Assembly: GCA_002269645.1 (NCBI GenBank)
Contig: NIVC01001887.1
Location: forward strand, 191,092 to 255,091
DNA from: Macrostomum lignano
Lineage: Eukaryota
Length of the DNA stretch: 64,000 nucleotides
Reading direction: 5' to 3'
Under the pieces are notes generated by a model that had not been told where the DNA came from, did no database searches, and was given only the letters and a program-made list of their open reading frames with translations. This document shows positions 38,357 through 50,749 of the stretch, one piece after another; the stretch's first letter is position 1, and each line of letters begins with the position of its first letter. Made by a program: the position numbers and the translations under genes.

Positions 38357-39064
38357 CAGGGGCGTCGCCATGGATTTTCTGGTGGGGGGACGAAGCCAAG
38401 AGTTTAACGTGTACATGACTAAATTTCTATATTTCCATTATTTTGGAATCGTGTTGTCAGCACTCCTTTTGGCACCGCAGGCACTCCTTTTAGCGCCGCA
38501 GGCACTCATTTTAGCGCTGCAGGCACTCCTTTTGGCGCCGCAGGCACTCCTTTTAGCGCCGCAGGCACTCATTTTAGCGCTGCAGGCACTCCTTTTGGCG
38601 CCGCAGGCACTCCTTTTGGCGCCGCAGGCATTCCTTTTAGCGCCGCAGGCACTCATTTTGGCGCCACAGGCACTCCTTTTGGCGCCGCAGGCACTCCTTT
38701 TAGCGCCGCAGGCACTCCTTTTAGCGCCGCAGGCATTCCTTTTAGCGCCGCAGGCACTCATTTTAGCGCCGCAGGCACTCATTTTGGCGCCGCAGGCACT
38801 CCTTTTAGCGCCGCAGGCACTCATTTTAGCGCCGCAGGCACTCCTTTTGGCGCCGCAGGCATTCCTTTTAGCGCCGCAGGCACTCATTTTGGCGCCGCAC
38901 TCATTTTGGCGCCGAAGGCGCTATATTTTGGCGCCATGAAGAAAAATTGTTGATTACCATAAGTCACAAGGTGGGGCGGGAGGGACAAAGCATTTGCATG
39001 TCCCCCCATAGCTTTTTCTGGGGGGACATGTCCCCCTCTGTCCCCCCCGGTGGCGACGCGCCTG
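38357..39064. mobile_element. hAT-like MITE containing an internal 21-bp tandem array (38455-38935)
   Basis: 14-bp TIR CAGGGGCGTCGCCA / TGGCGACGCGCCTG, subterminal GGGGGACATGTCCCCC; no clean TSD; homologous left end at 61978. Confidence 0.75.
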
Positions 39065-39601
39065 CAGAAAGTTGGTTTGAGCTGGTACTGCGCAGGTGGT
39101 GAGGCAATTTTAATTAGCCTTGGCTCACACAGGCTGTGCGCCAGCTATTGGATCGCGTATTTAAACAGGTGGCTACTTCTTGAATTTGAATATTTCATAA
39201 ACTGATTTGAAGCCAGCCAGCCAGCCTTCAGACAGCCTTCAGTCGGTGTTAAAGGTCAGTTCACTGAATCTGGATTCCTGTGCCATTAATCTAGAATTAT
39301 ATCTTTCCTCAATTCTGAAGTTTATCTGCCGGCATTTTATTGAAGAAAGTGCACTAAACGAGACAGTAGAATCAGGTGCAAGTTACAGATTTAGATTCTC
39401 CTAATGCTTTACAGAGTGCCAATGCCAATAGTATCGCTTCATGCTTTGCACGGTATGCTCTCTGACGGTTTTGATGGCAAAGCCTACAAGGGTGCTGTAC
39501 ATGTACAAAAAGTTGCGCCACTGTGTTGAGTCATGTTTCTCGGGCTTTGTTCGAAAAAAGCGTTCGTGATGTGGTCTTGATATTTTAATTAATACCAGTT
39601 C

Positions 39602-39752
39602 GTGGAATCTCCCTCAGTGGAATCTCCCTCAGTGCAATCTCCCTCAGTGGAATCTCCCTCAGTGGAATCTCCCTCAGTGCAATCTCCCTCAGTGGAATCT
39701 CCCTCAGTGGAATCTCCCTCAGTGCAATCTCCCTCAGTGGAATCTCCCTCAG
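39602..39752. repeat. 15-bp tandem repeat at the 3' break of a LINE fragment
   Basis: GTGGAATCTCCCTCA, ~10 copies. Confidence 0.92.
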
Positions 39753-40640
39753 TGAAATCGATGACTTCGGCCCACCGCCCATTATTGAACGTTGGTGCAT
39801 TGCCCACGTTACAGAAGTTGAGGTTTGTGCTGCTGACGTAGGCCAGCAGCTCCTCGCCTCTGCTATTGGTGTTCTTGCTGCCCCAATGCAGGTGGTGTGC
39901 GTTCACATCCCCTGCAATGAGCAGCTCGAACTGACGGGACGCGGCGTAGTCAATGAGGTTGACTAGCGCGTCGAAGACTACTGCGGCATCGCCTGGGAAA
40001 TAGGCAGATGCTGCCAGCACAGGTTTATTGGGAATGAGGTTATTGATTTGAACAACACAGATGTCCCCAGTCGAGAGATCAGGTCTCATCCATGCCTCAA
40101 AGCCTTTGCAGCAAAGACCAGAGATCTTTGGCGAGAGTGAGAACCCGCCATGCAAAAACAGTGGTAGCCAGATGGCACATTATTTGGCTTACCTTTAGTC
40201 ATCCAGGGCTCCTGCACGAAGACCAGGCCCGGAAGCTGTTGCTCTGTCGTGCGCATCAGGTTGACTGACGCCGCCACGCAGTGCTGGGTGTTGATCTGCA
40301 GACACCAGGTAGCCGCTGGCATCAGTGCAGATCGGGTGTTGCAGCCCTCCTCCTCCTCCTCGGCGCTCACCAGCTTCAGGTCGGGGTCGCCGGTGTCCAT
40401 GGGCTCCTCTTCAGCAAAAGGCCTCCGATTGGTCGGAAGGCAATAGGCAGCGTTTGCCGCCCTTCGCCCAGCGGCCACGGGGTCCTCCGTGCGCCGGCTG
40501 TTCCTCTCCTGCCTGCGGTCTTTCGGCCACCTGAGTTATTGCAGGCACAAGAGCAACGCCGTCGGAATAGGACGCAGCAACCGCTTCTCCACGGGGCAAC
40601 AGTCGATACGTTGCGCTTTTGTCCAATGGAACTTATCCTA
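39753..40640 (-). mobile_element. Non-LTR retrotransposon fragment: end of ORF1 plus apurinic endonuclease of ORF2; RT absent
   Basis: CLQINTQHCVAAS, VFVQEPW, SAYFPGD, GDVNAHHLHWGSKNTNSRGEEL, NVGNAPTF..EVIDFT are APE motifs of R1/LOA/Jockey-type LINEs; one frameshift. Confidence 0.88.
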
Positions 40641-41352
40641 TGCGACAGATTGGCCATCTCGGAGTCGCATTTTTTGGTGTTCCGAATGTACCTCTGTTCA
40701 TGTCTACACTTTCTATTTTGGACCGTAGATATTTCGAGCGTGCAGCGATGCATCAGTGTTCCCTTTAAAACAACAACAACAACAACAGCAACAACAACAA
40801 TTTTAACACTTGAAATTCATTTTACACGCACGATATCTGTCTGGCCATAGATATAAGAGCGCAAACACTGTATAGACTTCAGCCCAACTTACGTCTTAGC
40901 CAAGCACTAACCATATTGTCCATACTTGCGTGTTATTGTCCATACTTGCGTATTATTGTCCATACTCAAACGCATTATATTAACGAGTTTACTAAAAACC
41001 AGATTCAGTAAAACAGGAATTAAAAACTACTGTTGAGAAACATTACCGCTTGGGGGAGATGTCCAAAGCAATCGTTTGTCTCGAAGAATTTGTCTGTCAC
41101 ACATCTGCCTTACTCAAACAGTTTTCATCAAATCGTTGCTTCCATCAATGCTAGCACGCATCTTTTTGGTCGGACAGGTTTCGATGTGGACTGGCCGAGG
41201 AACCGGCAGTGATAGCGGGAAGACATTGCAAAGATAGGCACCTCATTGGACGGCATTGTGCTTGTGCTTGGAATATTCGTTAAGTTTTCGTTAAGTGAAG
41301 TGGCGCTCGCGTGCTTTACCCGATATCATGCATCCCGACTGTGGAAAAATAA

Positions 41353-42266
41353 TCAGTCAGTCAGTCAGTCAGTCAGTCAGTCAGTCAGTCAGTCAGTCAG
41401 TCAGTCAGTCAGTCAGTCAGTCAGTCAGTCAGTCAGTCAGTCAGTCAGTCAGTCAGTCAGTCAGTCAGTCAGTCAGTCAGTCAGTCAGTCAGTCAGTCAG
41501 TCAGTCAGTCAGTCAGTCAGTCAGTCAGTCAGTCAGTCAGTCAGTCAGTCAGTCAGTCAGTCAGTCAGTCAGTCAGTCAGTCAGTCAGTCAGTCAGTCAG
41601 TCAGTCAGTCAGTCAGTCAGTCAGTCAGTCAGTCAGTCAGTCAGTCAGTCAGTCAGTCAGTCAGTCAGTCAGTCAGTCAGTCAGTCAGTCAGTCAGTCAG
41701 TCAGTCAGTCAGTCAGTCAGTCAGTCAGTCAGTCAGTCAGTCAGTCAGTCAGTCAGTCAGTCAGTCAGTCAGTCAGTCAGTCAGTCAGTCAGTCAGTCAG
41801 TCAGTCAGTCAGTCAGTCAGTCAGTCAGTCAGTCAGTCAGTCAGTCAGTCAGTCAGTCAGTCAGTCAGTCAGTCAGTCAGTCAGTCAGTCAGTCAGTCAG
41901 TCAGTCAGTCAGTCAGTCAGTCAGTCAGTCAGTCAGTCAGTCAGTCAGTCAGTCAGTCAGTCAGTCAGTCAGTCAGTCAGTCAGTCAGTCAGTCAGTCAG
42001 TCAGTCAGTCAGTCAGTCAGTCAGTCAGTCAGTCAGTCAGTCAGTCAGTCAGTCAGTCAGTCAGTCAGTCAGTCAGTCAGTCAGTCAGTCAGTCAGTCAG
42101 TCAGTCAGTCAGTCAGTCAGTCAGTCAGTCAGTCAGTCAGTCAGTCAGTCAGTCAGTCAGTCAGTCAGTCAGTCAGTCAGTCAGTCAGTCAGTCAGTCAG
42201 TCAGTCAGTCAGTCAGTCAGTCAGTCAGTCAGTCAGTCAGTCAGTCAGTCAGTCAGTCAGTCAGTC
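41353..42266. repeat. Very long perfect (TCAG)n microsatellite (~910 bp)
   Basis: Direct inspection. Confidence 0.98.
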
Positions 42267-43799
42267 TTTTCCCTACCCGTACAAGGGCAACCTGACTGGG
42301 CAGACCGGTGATAGAAACTGGGCTGTTCCATCCATTCTGACTGGGCAGCCCGGCTGGATTTCAAAGGATTTCAACGCTTGGCAACGAAACTGAACGAGCG
42401 GTTCCGCTTTGGGTTCTCGCTGTCCCACATAAGCCCGCTAATACTATGATTATTAAGTTGCGTTACAGAGGAAAATCCACTGGGTGGAGCACTTCATAGC
42501 ATCTCCGAGAGCAAAGAAAATTCCATCTTGGATCCCTCTTTTCGAGTCGGGGATCTGACCAACCATGAGATTGATTGAAGAAAACAGAGAAGGAAAGATG
42601 GGGCGATGCAGAAGACCCTGTGCAGTGCTGGGCAGAGGTGGGAAGCTGGAGGCTGAGTAAAAGCGAGTCTCTGTACAGTTTGCACTGATCTACTCAGGTT
42701 AGTCCACCTCTCTCTTTCTCTCCCCCACTCTGTACACTGCATGCTCCTGCTTCAGCTCAGAGTGTACACTGAGAGAGCCTCTACTGAAAAGAGAATGAAT
42801 ACAAAAAGCGTCTCAGCGGGACTGGCAGGGAGAGGCAGCAAGATAATCTAATCTGATTCGAGTGCTCAAACAGCCCTGTCAGTTGCTCGTGCTGCAACCA
42901 GTAAAGAAGGTATTGCCGGTAATGCTCAAGGCAACAACCTCCTTGCTTAGGTAAGTTAATTGTGCATGCACTAGCATGCACAGCGGAATACAGCCTTAGT
43001 TGCTTTACTGTGACAAGCACTGAAAAATACAAAAACCGGCACAAACGTTCTGCCTACCCTGGTCAACCCCAAGGATCAGATTTCGTTTCTTTACATTCAG
43101 AATTGCCTGTTGGTACTTGGACCGCTGCTCAAAGCCTGCTACCCGAAACTGCCTATCCCGTATTGCCTGCAGATGGGAAAGTTAGAACGCTTTTCATTAA
43201 CAATTACGATAGTTCGGGATATTGTCCCTGTGCTATCGGTGATAGTCAGTGTCTGATATTGATATTAGTTCAGAACAGGTTTATAACTTTTATAGAAAAG
43301 GACCTCGATTTGCTCAGAACAATGTTCCTACCAAGCATGCTCTTGCACGGCCAAAAACCGACAGAAGAAAAGACACATGCTCAAAATTTGAGCAAAGTTT
43401 TCAAACTTTGTCTGGTATCTCCGCTGACTCACCTGCACAAACAATAGACGCGAAAGCCAGCAGGTAAGGCCTGATAAAAGGCCCGTGGCAGATTATGCTG
43501 CATTTCGAACGAGCACAAAAAGCACAGTCAAACAAACATGTTTCTTACAGCAAGTAAAATGATTTTACGGCTCGTAGATCCCCAAAAGCATTTTCTTCTC
43601 TTCAGGACAGAGTAAACATTGTTCCATCCTCGTTCTGAAAGCCAGATCGCAGGGATTTTATTGCTTGAATTCTCCAAAAACTGGAATTTCTCCCAGAAAA
43701 TCTCCGGTCTGCATCCTGCATTACAAAAATGTGTTGGAAATCAGTGCTGCCATTCGTCCCCATCCAATGTTTTCAGGAGCATCCAAAAGGAACGAAAAA

Positions 43800-44960
43800 A
43801 TGCTACGGTTTTGCCGCCTCCACCGGATTCAATGTACAGCCGCAGTACTTCTGCTCACTTTGCTGAGTCTTCTTAGCTTCTTCTTCTGGAGCGAAACAGA
43901 AATTGCAGTTAACACTGCAGAATCAAACATCCAACTCCAACCACAACGCCATCTCAAGCCAGCAAGCCAAATCAAAGACCGACCTGCGGGACCACCCAGG
44001 ATCTCCTTCGGCACGAAATACTTCGGCGACAACTCCGGCTGGAAGGATTACACGACCCGGTGGCGAGAAAACGGTCAGCGGTCTTGCGGATTTGACTGCG
44101 ACATTGTGCCCGACCCCGCCATTGCGGACGCCGTGCTGTTCCACGGCCGAGACCTTCCGTCGAAGCCCCCGAAACTGCAGCGAAAATACTGGCAGTACTG
44201 GGTGTACATGAACATGGAGTCACCTTTGTCTACCAAGTCGTACGGCTATGACGTTTCGTCAGCTCCCGCCTACAGATTCCTGTTCAACTGGACCGCCACC
44301 ACCATGCTGGAGAGCTCGGTGCACATGCCCTACGGAATGTGGAGCCTACGCGACAAGCCGGTCGAGGGTCCGTTCTACTCGCCTCAGAAGAAGCGCTACA
44401 TGGCGTACATCGCATTCTCGAACTGCAAGTACTCCTACAATGGGCGCGCCGAAAAGATTGCGGAGCTCAAACGCTACATCGATGTCCACGTGTATGGGAA
44501 ATGCGGCGACAGGGCACTCCCGAAGGACTGGAATGTGTGGCGAAAGATCTCAGAAGAGTACCGCTTCTACCTGAGCTTCGAGAACGCTTTTTGTCGCGAC
44601 TACATCACGGAGAAGTTTCACAACAACGGGCTGGACTCGCAGGCAGTGCCAGTAGCCTTCGGCGGCCTGTCTCGCTCGGACTACGAGCGGGTGAGTCCTC
44701 CGGGCTCGTTCGTGTATGCGCTGGACTTTCCGAGCATGCGGCAACTGGCCGAACACTTGAAGCAGCTGGCTGCTGATGAAGCGCAGTACGCCAGCTACCA
44801 CGAGTGGAAGAAGCGCTACGAGATTTCGCCTCGGTCTGACCTGCTTTGCGGCACCTGCGCCCGGCTGCACAAGGACCGCTCGGTTGGCGTGTTCGACCTG
44901 AGCCGCTTCTACGACATCAAACGCAACTGCCGCCCTTCCTACTACAAGTACCTAGTCTGA
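43800..44960 (+). CDS. Alpha-1,3-fucosyltransferase (GT10), type II membrane protein, single coding exon, 386 aa
   Basis: N-terminal TM AAVLLLTLLSLLSFFFW, ADAVLFH, WVYMNMESP, FNWTATT, and the alpha-1,3-FucT motif YRFYLSFENAFCRDYITEKF..VPVAFG; upstream TTTTCAG acceptor suggests a 5' UTR intron or trans-splice site. Confidence 0.95.
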   Translation: MLRFCRLHRIQCTAAVLLLTLLSLLSFFFWSETEIAVNTAESNIQLQPQRHLKPASQIKDRPAGPPRISFGTKYFGDNSGWKDYTTRWRENGQRSCGFDCDIVPDPAIADAVLFHGRDLPSKPPKLQRKYWQYWVYMNMESPLSTKSYGYDVSSAPAYRFLFNWTATTMLESSVHMPYGMWSLRDKPVEGPFYSPQKKRYMAYIAFSNCKYSYNGRAEKIAELKRYIDVHVYGKCGDRALPKDWNVWRKISEEYRFYLSFENAFCRDYITEKFHNNGLDSQAVPVAFGGLSRSDYERVSPPGSFVYALDFPSMRQLAEHLKQLAADEAQYASYHEWKKRYEISPRSDLLCGTCARLHKDRSVGVFDLSRFYDIKRNCRPSYYKYLV

Positions 44961-45872
44961 GATAACGAGTTTGCTTAAGGCAACGCTTTGTACTCTCGTT
45001 AATGCCACGACTTCTACTGCAATGCAATCCAATCAATGCAAATGCAATCCTGCAATCTTATGTAAGCTTTCCTAAGTTCAGAAAAGGAACCATTTTATTT
45101 GATTAGTGGTGGAAGCTTTGGACCAAGAGCTATCGCGTACCCAGATTTAAAATGATGCCTGGGTCAGGCAATCCTCTTCTGAAGCCGCATCCGCAGTCAT
45201 TTATCCATTCGCGGTGCGGTTCTGGAATTCAGCTACGAGCTAATCACCAAACATGGAAAACTATTGTCCTGATTTCTTTTCAGTCATGTACATATTTAAA
45301 TCAGGGCTGCTTGCTGTATGTATTTTTCTGTTTCGCATCCTCAGAATCAGCGGTAGTTTTACATTCCGATCTGGGAGCAGTCAGTAACTTTTGACCGCTT
45401 AAATATAGTAAAAGTTGTTGAATTTTTATTGCGCAACATGATTGCATATCACAGTTTTTTGCAGTTGTACTTTGTTTTACTAGTTTTGAAAGTGAGTTGT
45501 TGCACACAAGTGAATAAATTTTTTTATAAAACAAGTGGTTTATCGCACTACAAGCGAGTGAAACCTTAAGTTTCCAATTTAAAGGCAAAAAATTTTTCCA
45601 GTATCGAAATAGCGTAAATAAAACTTTCTGCTCTAAGCGTTTTACCCGACTGCGTTCGTATGAGCATCGTCGGGTATTTTTGAGCAACAAGGCAAACAAA
45701 CCAGTGGATTGGCTCTCCAGCCAACAGCCGGGCTACACGCACTGGCTGAAGCTGCAGCAACCAGGATCGAAGCAAACGCACATTCTGGACTCCAACGAAC
45801 TCAACACCAAGGATTCGTGCACTTGCGGGACAGTGCCGAACCACTGATATACAGGTACAGCCTTGCTGTAGG

Positions 45873-46502
45873 CTAGCGGTCCTTGGTCCGTGCCGAAGAC
45901 CACTAGACTTGGCTGCATACTAGTAGTCCTTGGTCCGTGCCGAAGACCACTAGACTTGGCTATATACTAGTAGTCCTTGGTCCGTGCCGAAGACCACTAG
46001 ACTTGGCTATATACTAGTAGTCCTTGGTCCGTGCCGAAGACCACTAGACTTGGCTGTATACTAGTAGTCCTTGGTCCGTGCCGAAGACCACTAGACTTGG
46101 CTATATACTAGTAGTCCTTGGTCTGTGCCAAATACCACTAGACTAGGCTATATACTAGTAGTCCTTGGTCCGTGCCAAAGACTACTAGACTTGGCTATAT
46201 AGCTAGTAGTCCTTGGTCTGTGCCAAATACCACTAGACTTGGCTATATACTAGTAGTCCTTGGTCTGTGCCAAAGACTACTAGACTTGGCTGTATGTATA
46301 CTAGTAGTCCTTGGTCCGGGCCAAAGACTACTAGACTTGGCTGTATGTATACTAGTAGTCCTTGGTCCGTGCCAAAGACTACTAGACTTGGCTATATACT
46401 GATTCAAATACTATAAATTAGACTTGGCTATATACTAGTAGTCCTTGGTACGTGTCAAAAGACTATTAAGACTTGCTGTATGTCAGTGGTCCTTGGTCCG
46501 TG
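45873..46502. repeat. 47-bp minisatellite made of a 39-bp micro-MITE plus an 8-bp spacer
   Basis: Unit = CAAAGACTACTAG-ACTTGGCTATATA-CTAGTAGTCCTTG + GTCCGTGC, ~12-13 copies. Confidence 0.9.
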
Positions 46503-47869
46503 TCTTTTCCGCTTGTTCGCTCATATTGAGGCTTGAGGCCTGTATGTAAATTTATATATCTGACTTGCTTATAAGATAAATAGCGTACAACACTAGAAAA
46601 TATTGTAATGCATAAAGATTGTACCAGGTAGCACTTCAATATTGAGAATTTTGTTCCTTTGTCAATTTTTAACCCACAAGAACGAAAATAAAATTATTTT
46701 ACTACATTAATATTATGACTGTGCTAATACTGATATTATTACTGAAAAGGAGTGCAAAGGGCTTACAATCACAGCAGTTAGTCAATGAAAATTGTGTCGT
46801 GGCCTGCAGCCGTTTCACTGGCAGTCTTCTCGCTGAAAATGGCATGTCTTAGCCTCATTAAGCCGAGTTTCTCCTTGGGCTGAGATACAATCCTAGAGCA
46901 AATATGAAGGCAGCATAATGCGGTGTTTTTATCAAAGATCAGGTGCGGCATTTCCTGGAAAATTCTATTCTTGCTTGAGGCCTGCGAGGTCCTAAAATCT
47001 GAAGCCACTGAAGCCGCTAAGCTATTTCGATGTCAGAGAGGCTTGGTACAGCTGTTAATGTTCATTGGTTTAAAGAAGCAGATCGCCAGAACCTCTTAAC
47101 TGCGAAAACGACAACCAAGGACGAGAAAGACGGTTTTTATCAATATTATGTTGACCTGTTAGTCGCTTGAGTATTCTATGGTGCTGCACATTTTCGCAAC
47201 CTTTGTTGGAACCTCACTGCCCCATCTCTCCCAAAAACCATGACTATCATTTAGCTTTTTGGCTACGCGCTAAAATCCGGATCTCTTCAATTTGGTTGAA
47301 GTCTCACAGTTTCGGCAGAGCGGAGCGGCAATTATTGCCAGTGCAGCAATCAGCTCTCCAGCTCCCCGCAAAAGCCTCAGCGGGAAAATGCAAATCGCAA
47401 CTGTTGTTGCTTCCGAGAAGTACAAACGGACAGAATTTGACCTAGTCCGTTCGAACTCGACCCCCCCTAGTTCAGCTGTGGAAGAGTGGAGTTCGCACAG
47501 GACTCATCCTATCGCTATCGCGCGATTCTCACAGATCCTCATCTCTTATTTATTGCCAGCAGTCTCCACACTGAGCTCAGCGGTTCCAGTGGAGCGTTGC
47601 GGAGTCGAAACTGTTTCGTCCGCACACAGTTGCTGCTAGAAATCCCGATACCGGTGAGTTTTTTCAAGATCGGTCAAACACGAGAGTATTGCAGTTACAG
47701 TGTATATGTATTTAGTCTGAATTCTCAGTCAAACTCAGAACCCTTAGGACTCCAGAAACGTCATGAGACGTCATCGCAAGGCTTTACCAGGGTACCGCAC
47801 GAGTTCACATCTTCCTTGAGTTTGTGTGAACCTCCACTACCAGTAGCCCTTTCGTTAGATTTTTCAAGC

Positions 47870-48190
47870 ATGGAGTAGTTGTAACCTAGTGGTTAGAGCG
47901 TCGGACTCACGACTTGAAGGTTGGGGGTTCGATTCCCGATCCCACTGGAACAGTTCGTGTCCTTGAGCAAGGCACTTATCTCTGCATTGCTTCAGTTTAC
48001 CCAGCTGTAAAATTGGTGCCAGCATTAGCTGGGGTAATTGAGGGTGTGTGTGGCGACCCCCCCAGTCCTTGGACTGAATAGCCGCACGCAACCTTCAGAT
48101 GCGCCGCGCAATAGCTGCGGCTGAGCTGTCGGTTGCACAGCTGGCCCAACTGGAGCAGGTGTAATCAATTATTATTTATTATTATTATTC
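47870..48190 (+). mobile_element. tRNA-derived SINE with CORE-like domain (copy 2) ending in (TTA)n
   Basis: Colinear with 24947-25235; A/B boxes; GTGTCCTTGAGCAAGGCACTTATCTCTGCATTGCTTCAGTTTACCCAGCTGTAAAA. Confidence 0.87.
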
Positions 48191-48339
48191 TTATGATCAA
48201 GCATGAATAATAATTGTGAAGATTGGGCGTAATCTACATACACAGTAAGCGGGTGACGCCAGGGTGTACAGTAGCGCCAATGACTTGCTGTCTAAATTCC
48301 CAGGAAGTCCCAGACACAGTCGGCAGCACAAAGTCCCCA

Positions 48340-48861
48340 ATGACCAGACTCAACTTCGTGAAGGAGGCAGGCGGCCTTTATGGGCAAAACTTGGCCAACG
48401 GGCTGACCTTCGGGATAACAGCGCTGCACAACTGGGCCACCGGCTGCCCCTGGCGCCTCGACAGCATCGGCTTCACCGTCCCGTTCGCCATATTCAACGT
48501 GGCCGCCTTTGTCGCCCTGCTGCCGTTCGCCTTCGACTGCTGCCGCCGTGGCTGCGGACGCCAGCAGCGTCGCCAAGCGCTGGTCGGCGTGTTCGCCGCG
48601 CTGTCCATCGTAGGCGCCCTGATGTCGCTCTCTGGCTTCTGCCTGTTCCTCAACGATAGACTGCTCACAGATGAAGCAGAGTTCATCAAGCGCGGCGGGG
48701 CCTGCAGAGACAGCCAGAGCAGCGCGAACCTGCCCGGCTCTCTGTACACGGCCAGCTCCGCCTACTCGGTCTTCCTGCTGATCGCGGCGAGCGTCACCTG
48801 TTGCACCAAGCGGCGGCCGCTTCGCTTTCTGGCCACGGACGAGGCGCCCGTGTCCATGTGA
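48340..48861 (+). CDS. Four-TM membrane module 1 (unknown family); probably continues by splicing at 48857
   Basis: ATG 48340, 3-4 hydrophobic segments, GCPWRL motif, TDEA near the end; the stop lies inside a GTGAGG donor. Confidence 0.7.
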   Translation: MTRLNFVKEAGGLYGQNLANGLTFGITALHNWATGCPWRLDSIGFTVPFAIFNVAAFVALLPFAFDCCRRGCGRQQRRQALVGVFAALSIVGALMSLSGFCLFLNDRLLTDEAEFIKRGGACRDSQSSANLPGSLYTASSAYSVFLLIAASVTCCTKRRPLRFLATDEAPVSM

Positions 48862-48904
48862 GGCTTGAGCAATTTTCTCCAAGTTCCTTGAAATGATTTG
48901 ATGG

Positions 48905-49208
48905 CCTGGCGCAGACCCGTCTGTACCAACCAATCGTCCCTCAGATTCCCTGGCGCAGACCCGTCCGTACCAACCAATCGTCCCTCAGATTCCCTGGCGC
49001 AGACCCGTCTGTACCAATCAATTGTCCCTCAGATTCCCTGGTGCAGACCCGTCTGTACCAACCAATTGTCCCTCAGATTCCCTGGCGCAGACCCGTCTGT
49101 ACCAACCAATTGTCCCTCAGATTCCCTAGCGCAGACCCGTCTGTACCAACCAATTGTCCCTCAGATTCCCTAGCGCAGACCCGTCTGTACCAACCAATTG
49201 TCCCTCAG
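48905..49208 (+). repeat. 44-bp minisatellite (7 copies), each carrying the TTGTCCCTCAG acceptor
   Basis: CAG at 48942, 48986, 49030, 49074, 49118, 49162, 49206. Confidence 0.92.
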
Positions 49209-49797
49209 ATTCCCCAAGAACAGAAAGCCCAGCAAGTCGGTGCTCGGCGGCATTCTCTCACTCACGGGTCTCGTCACCGCCTGCATCTGCGCCGCCTTCT
49301 TGGCCTTTGACTGCCCGGACTGGCGGCTCGGCTTCACCTGCTGCCTGGCCATCGGCTGCTTTTTCATCGTCTGCGGCTTCGTGGCTCTGCCGTTTTGCAA
49401 GAAAGACTTTCACTCTTCCGCCAGCTACCCGCCGCTGTTTGTCGCCTGCCTGACCCTGGCGGCCGTTTGCCACTGCCTGTCCTGGGGCGGCGCTGCTGTC
49501 GCTTTTGTCAGCTACGGCGGCAGCTCAGGCCAAGTGGGAGTTGGCGACAGCGCCAAGATGTGGATGGCCGTCCATCACAGCCGCAACTTCACGCTGCAGA
49601 ACTACGAAGACGTGTGCAACGGCGGCAGCACCTACCTCGCCATCGTGTCAGTTCTGCAGGTCCTGCTCTCCGCTGCCTACCTGATCGCTCTGGCCGTTCT
49701 GTACTACCAATTCGAGAGACTTCCGGTGAGCAGGTCAACTGATGAAGCCGAGGCGGCAGTAGCGTCCGAAGATGCGGAGGCGGCTGAGGAAAGGTGA
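49209..49797 (+). CDS. Four-TM membrane module 2 (no own ATG before TM1; likely internal exon 49209-49793)
   Basis: Four clear hydrophobic helices, DCPDWRLG motif, Cys-containing loop 2, acidic tail with TDEA; phase-2 acceptor and phase-2 AG|GTGAGC donor. Confidence 0.72.
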
Positions 49798-50428
49798 GCA
49801 ATTATTAAGAGTATCAAAGTGCTTGAATATTGAAAATGCTGAAGTATTGCAGGACCCAGTCAGCATGAATCTGTAGCTGAACCCATTTCCCGAATACATG
49901 GAGCACAAGAAATATGCGGCAAAATCTCTCGCAACTGGCCTAAAAGAAAGCCAACTTTCCGACTTTATTCAAGCCCTATTGCGACTTTATACAAGTTTGC
50001 AATAGTCGCTCATATATACATGTAAATTGATACTAGTGGCTCATATATATATTTACTTTTATACTAGTGGCTCATATATTACATACTAGTGGCTCATATA
50101 TACATACTAGCGGCTTCTGCCTCAGTCCCACTACTAGAGAACTTCTCTGCGAAACCGAGGCTGGTCCATCGCCCGATTCACTGCAGATCCCATACTAGAG
50201 CCGCTCAGCCATCTCTCTGGCCCAGCGAGCCAGAATTCGTTTCCGAAACATATCAGGGATGGCCCGAGAAGCGCATCAATCAAACAGAGTCAAAACCCGC
50301 CGCTAAGCTAATCCATCCGCCCGGCTTGCTGAAAGCTGGCTGTTGAAACTCTATTTTTAAAAGAATTTTTAAACGAGAGTACATATTACTGCTATTGGGA
50401 TAATATACGTATATAATGGGGACCCAAA

Positions 50429-50749
50429 ATGCAACATAAATTCATGTGCACTCAAATTCATGTGTGCTCAAATTCATGTGCACTCAAATTCATGTGTGCA
50501 CTTCATGTGCGCTCAAATTCATGTGCACTCAAATTCATGTGCACTCAAATTCATGTGCACTCAAATTCATGTGCACTCAAATGCATGTGCGCTCAAATTC
50601 ATGTGCACTCAAATTCATGTGCACTCAAATGCATGTGCGCTCAAATTCATGTGCACTCAAATTCATGTGCACTCAAATTCATGTGCACTCAAATTCATGT
50701 GCACTCAAATGCATGTGCGCTCAAATTCATGTGCACTCAAATTCATGTG
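50429..50749. repeat. 16-bp minisatellite (TGTGCACTCAAATTCA), continuing at 53146-53230 after the LTR element
   Basis: Same unit on both sides of the retroelement. Confidence 0.93.
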
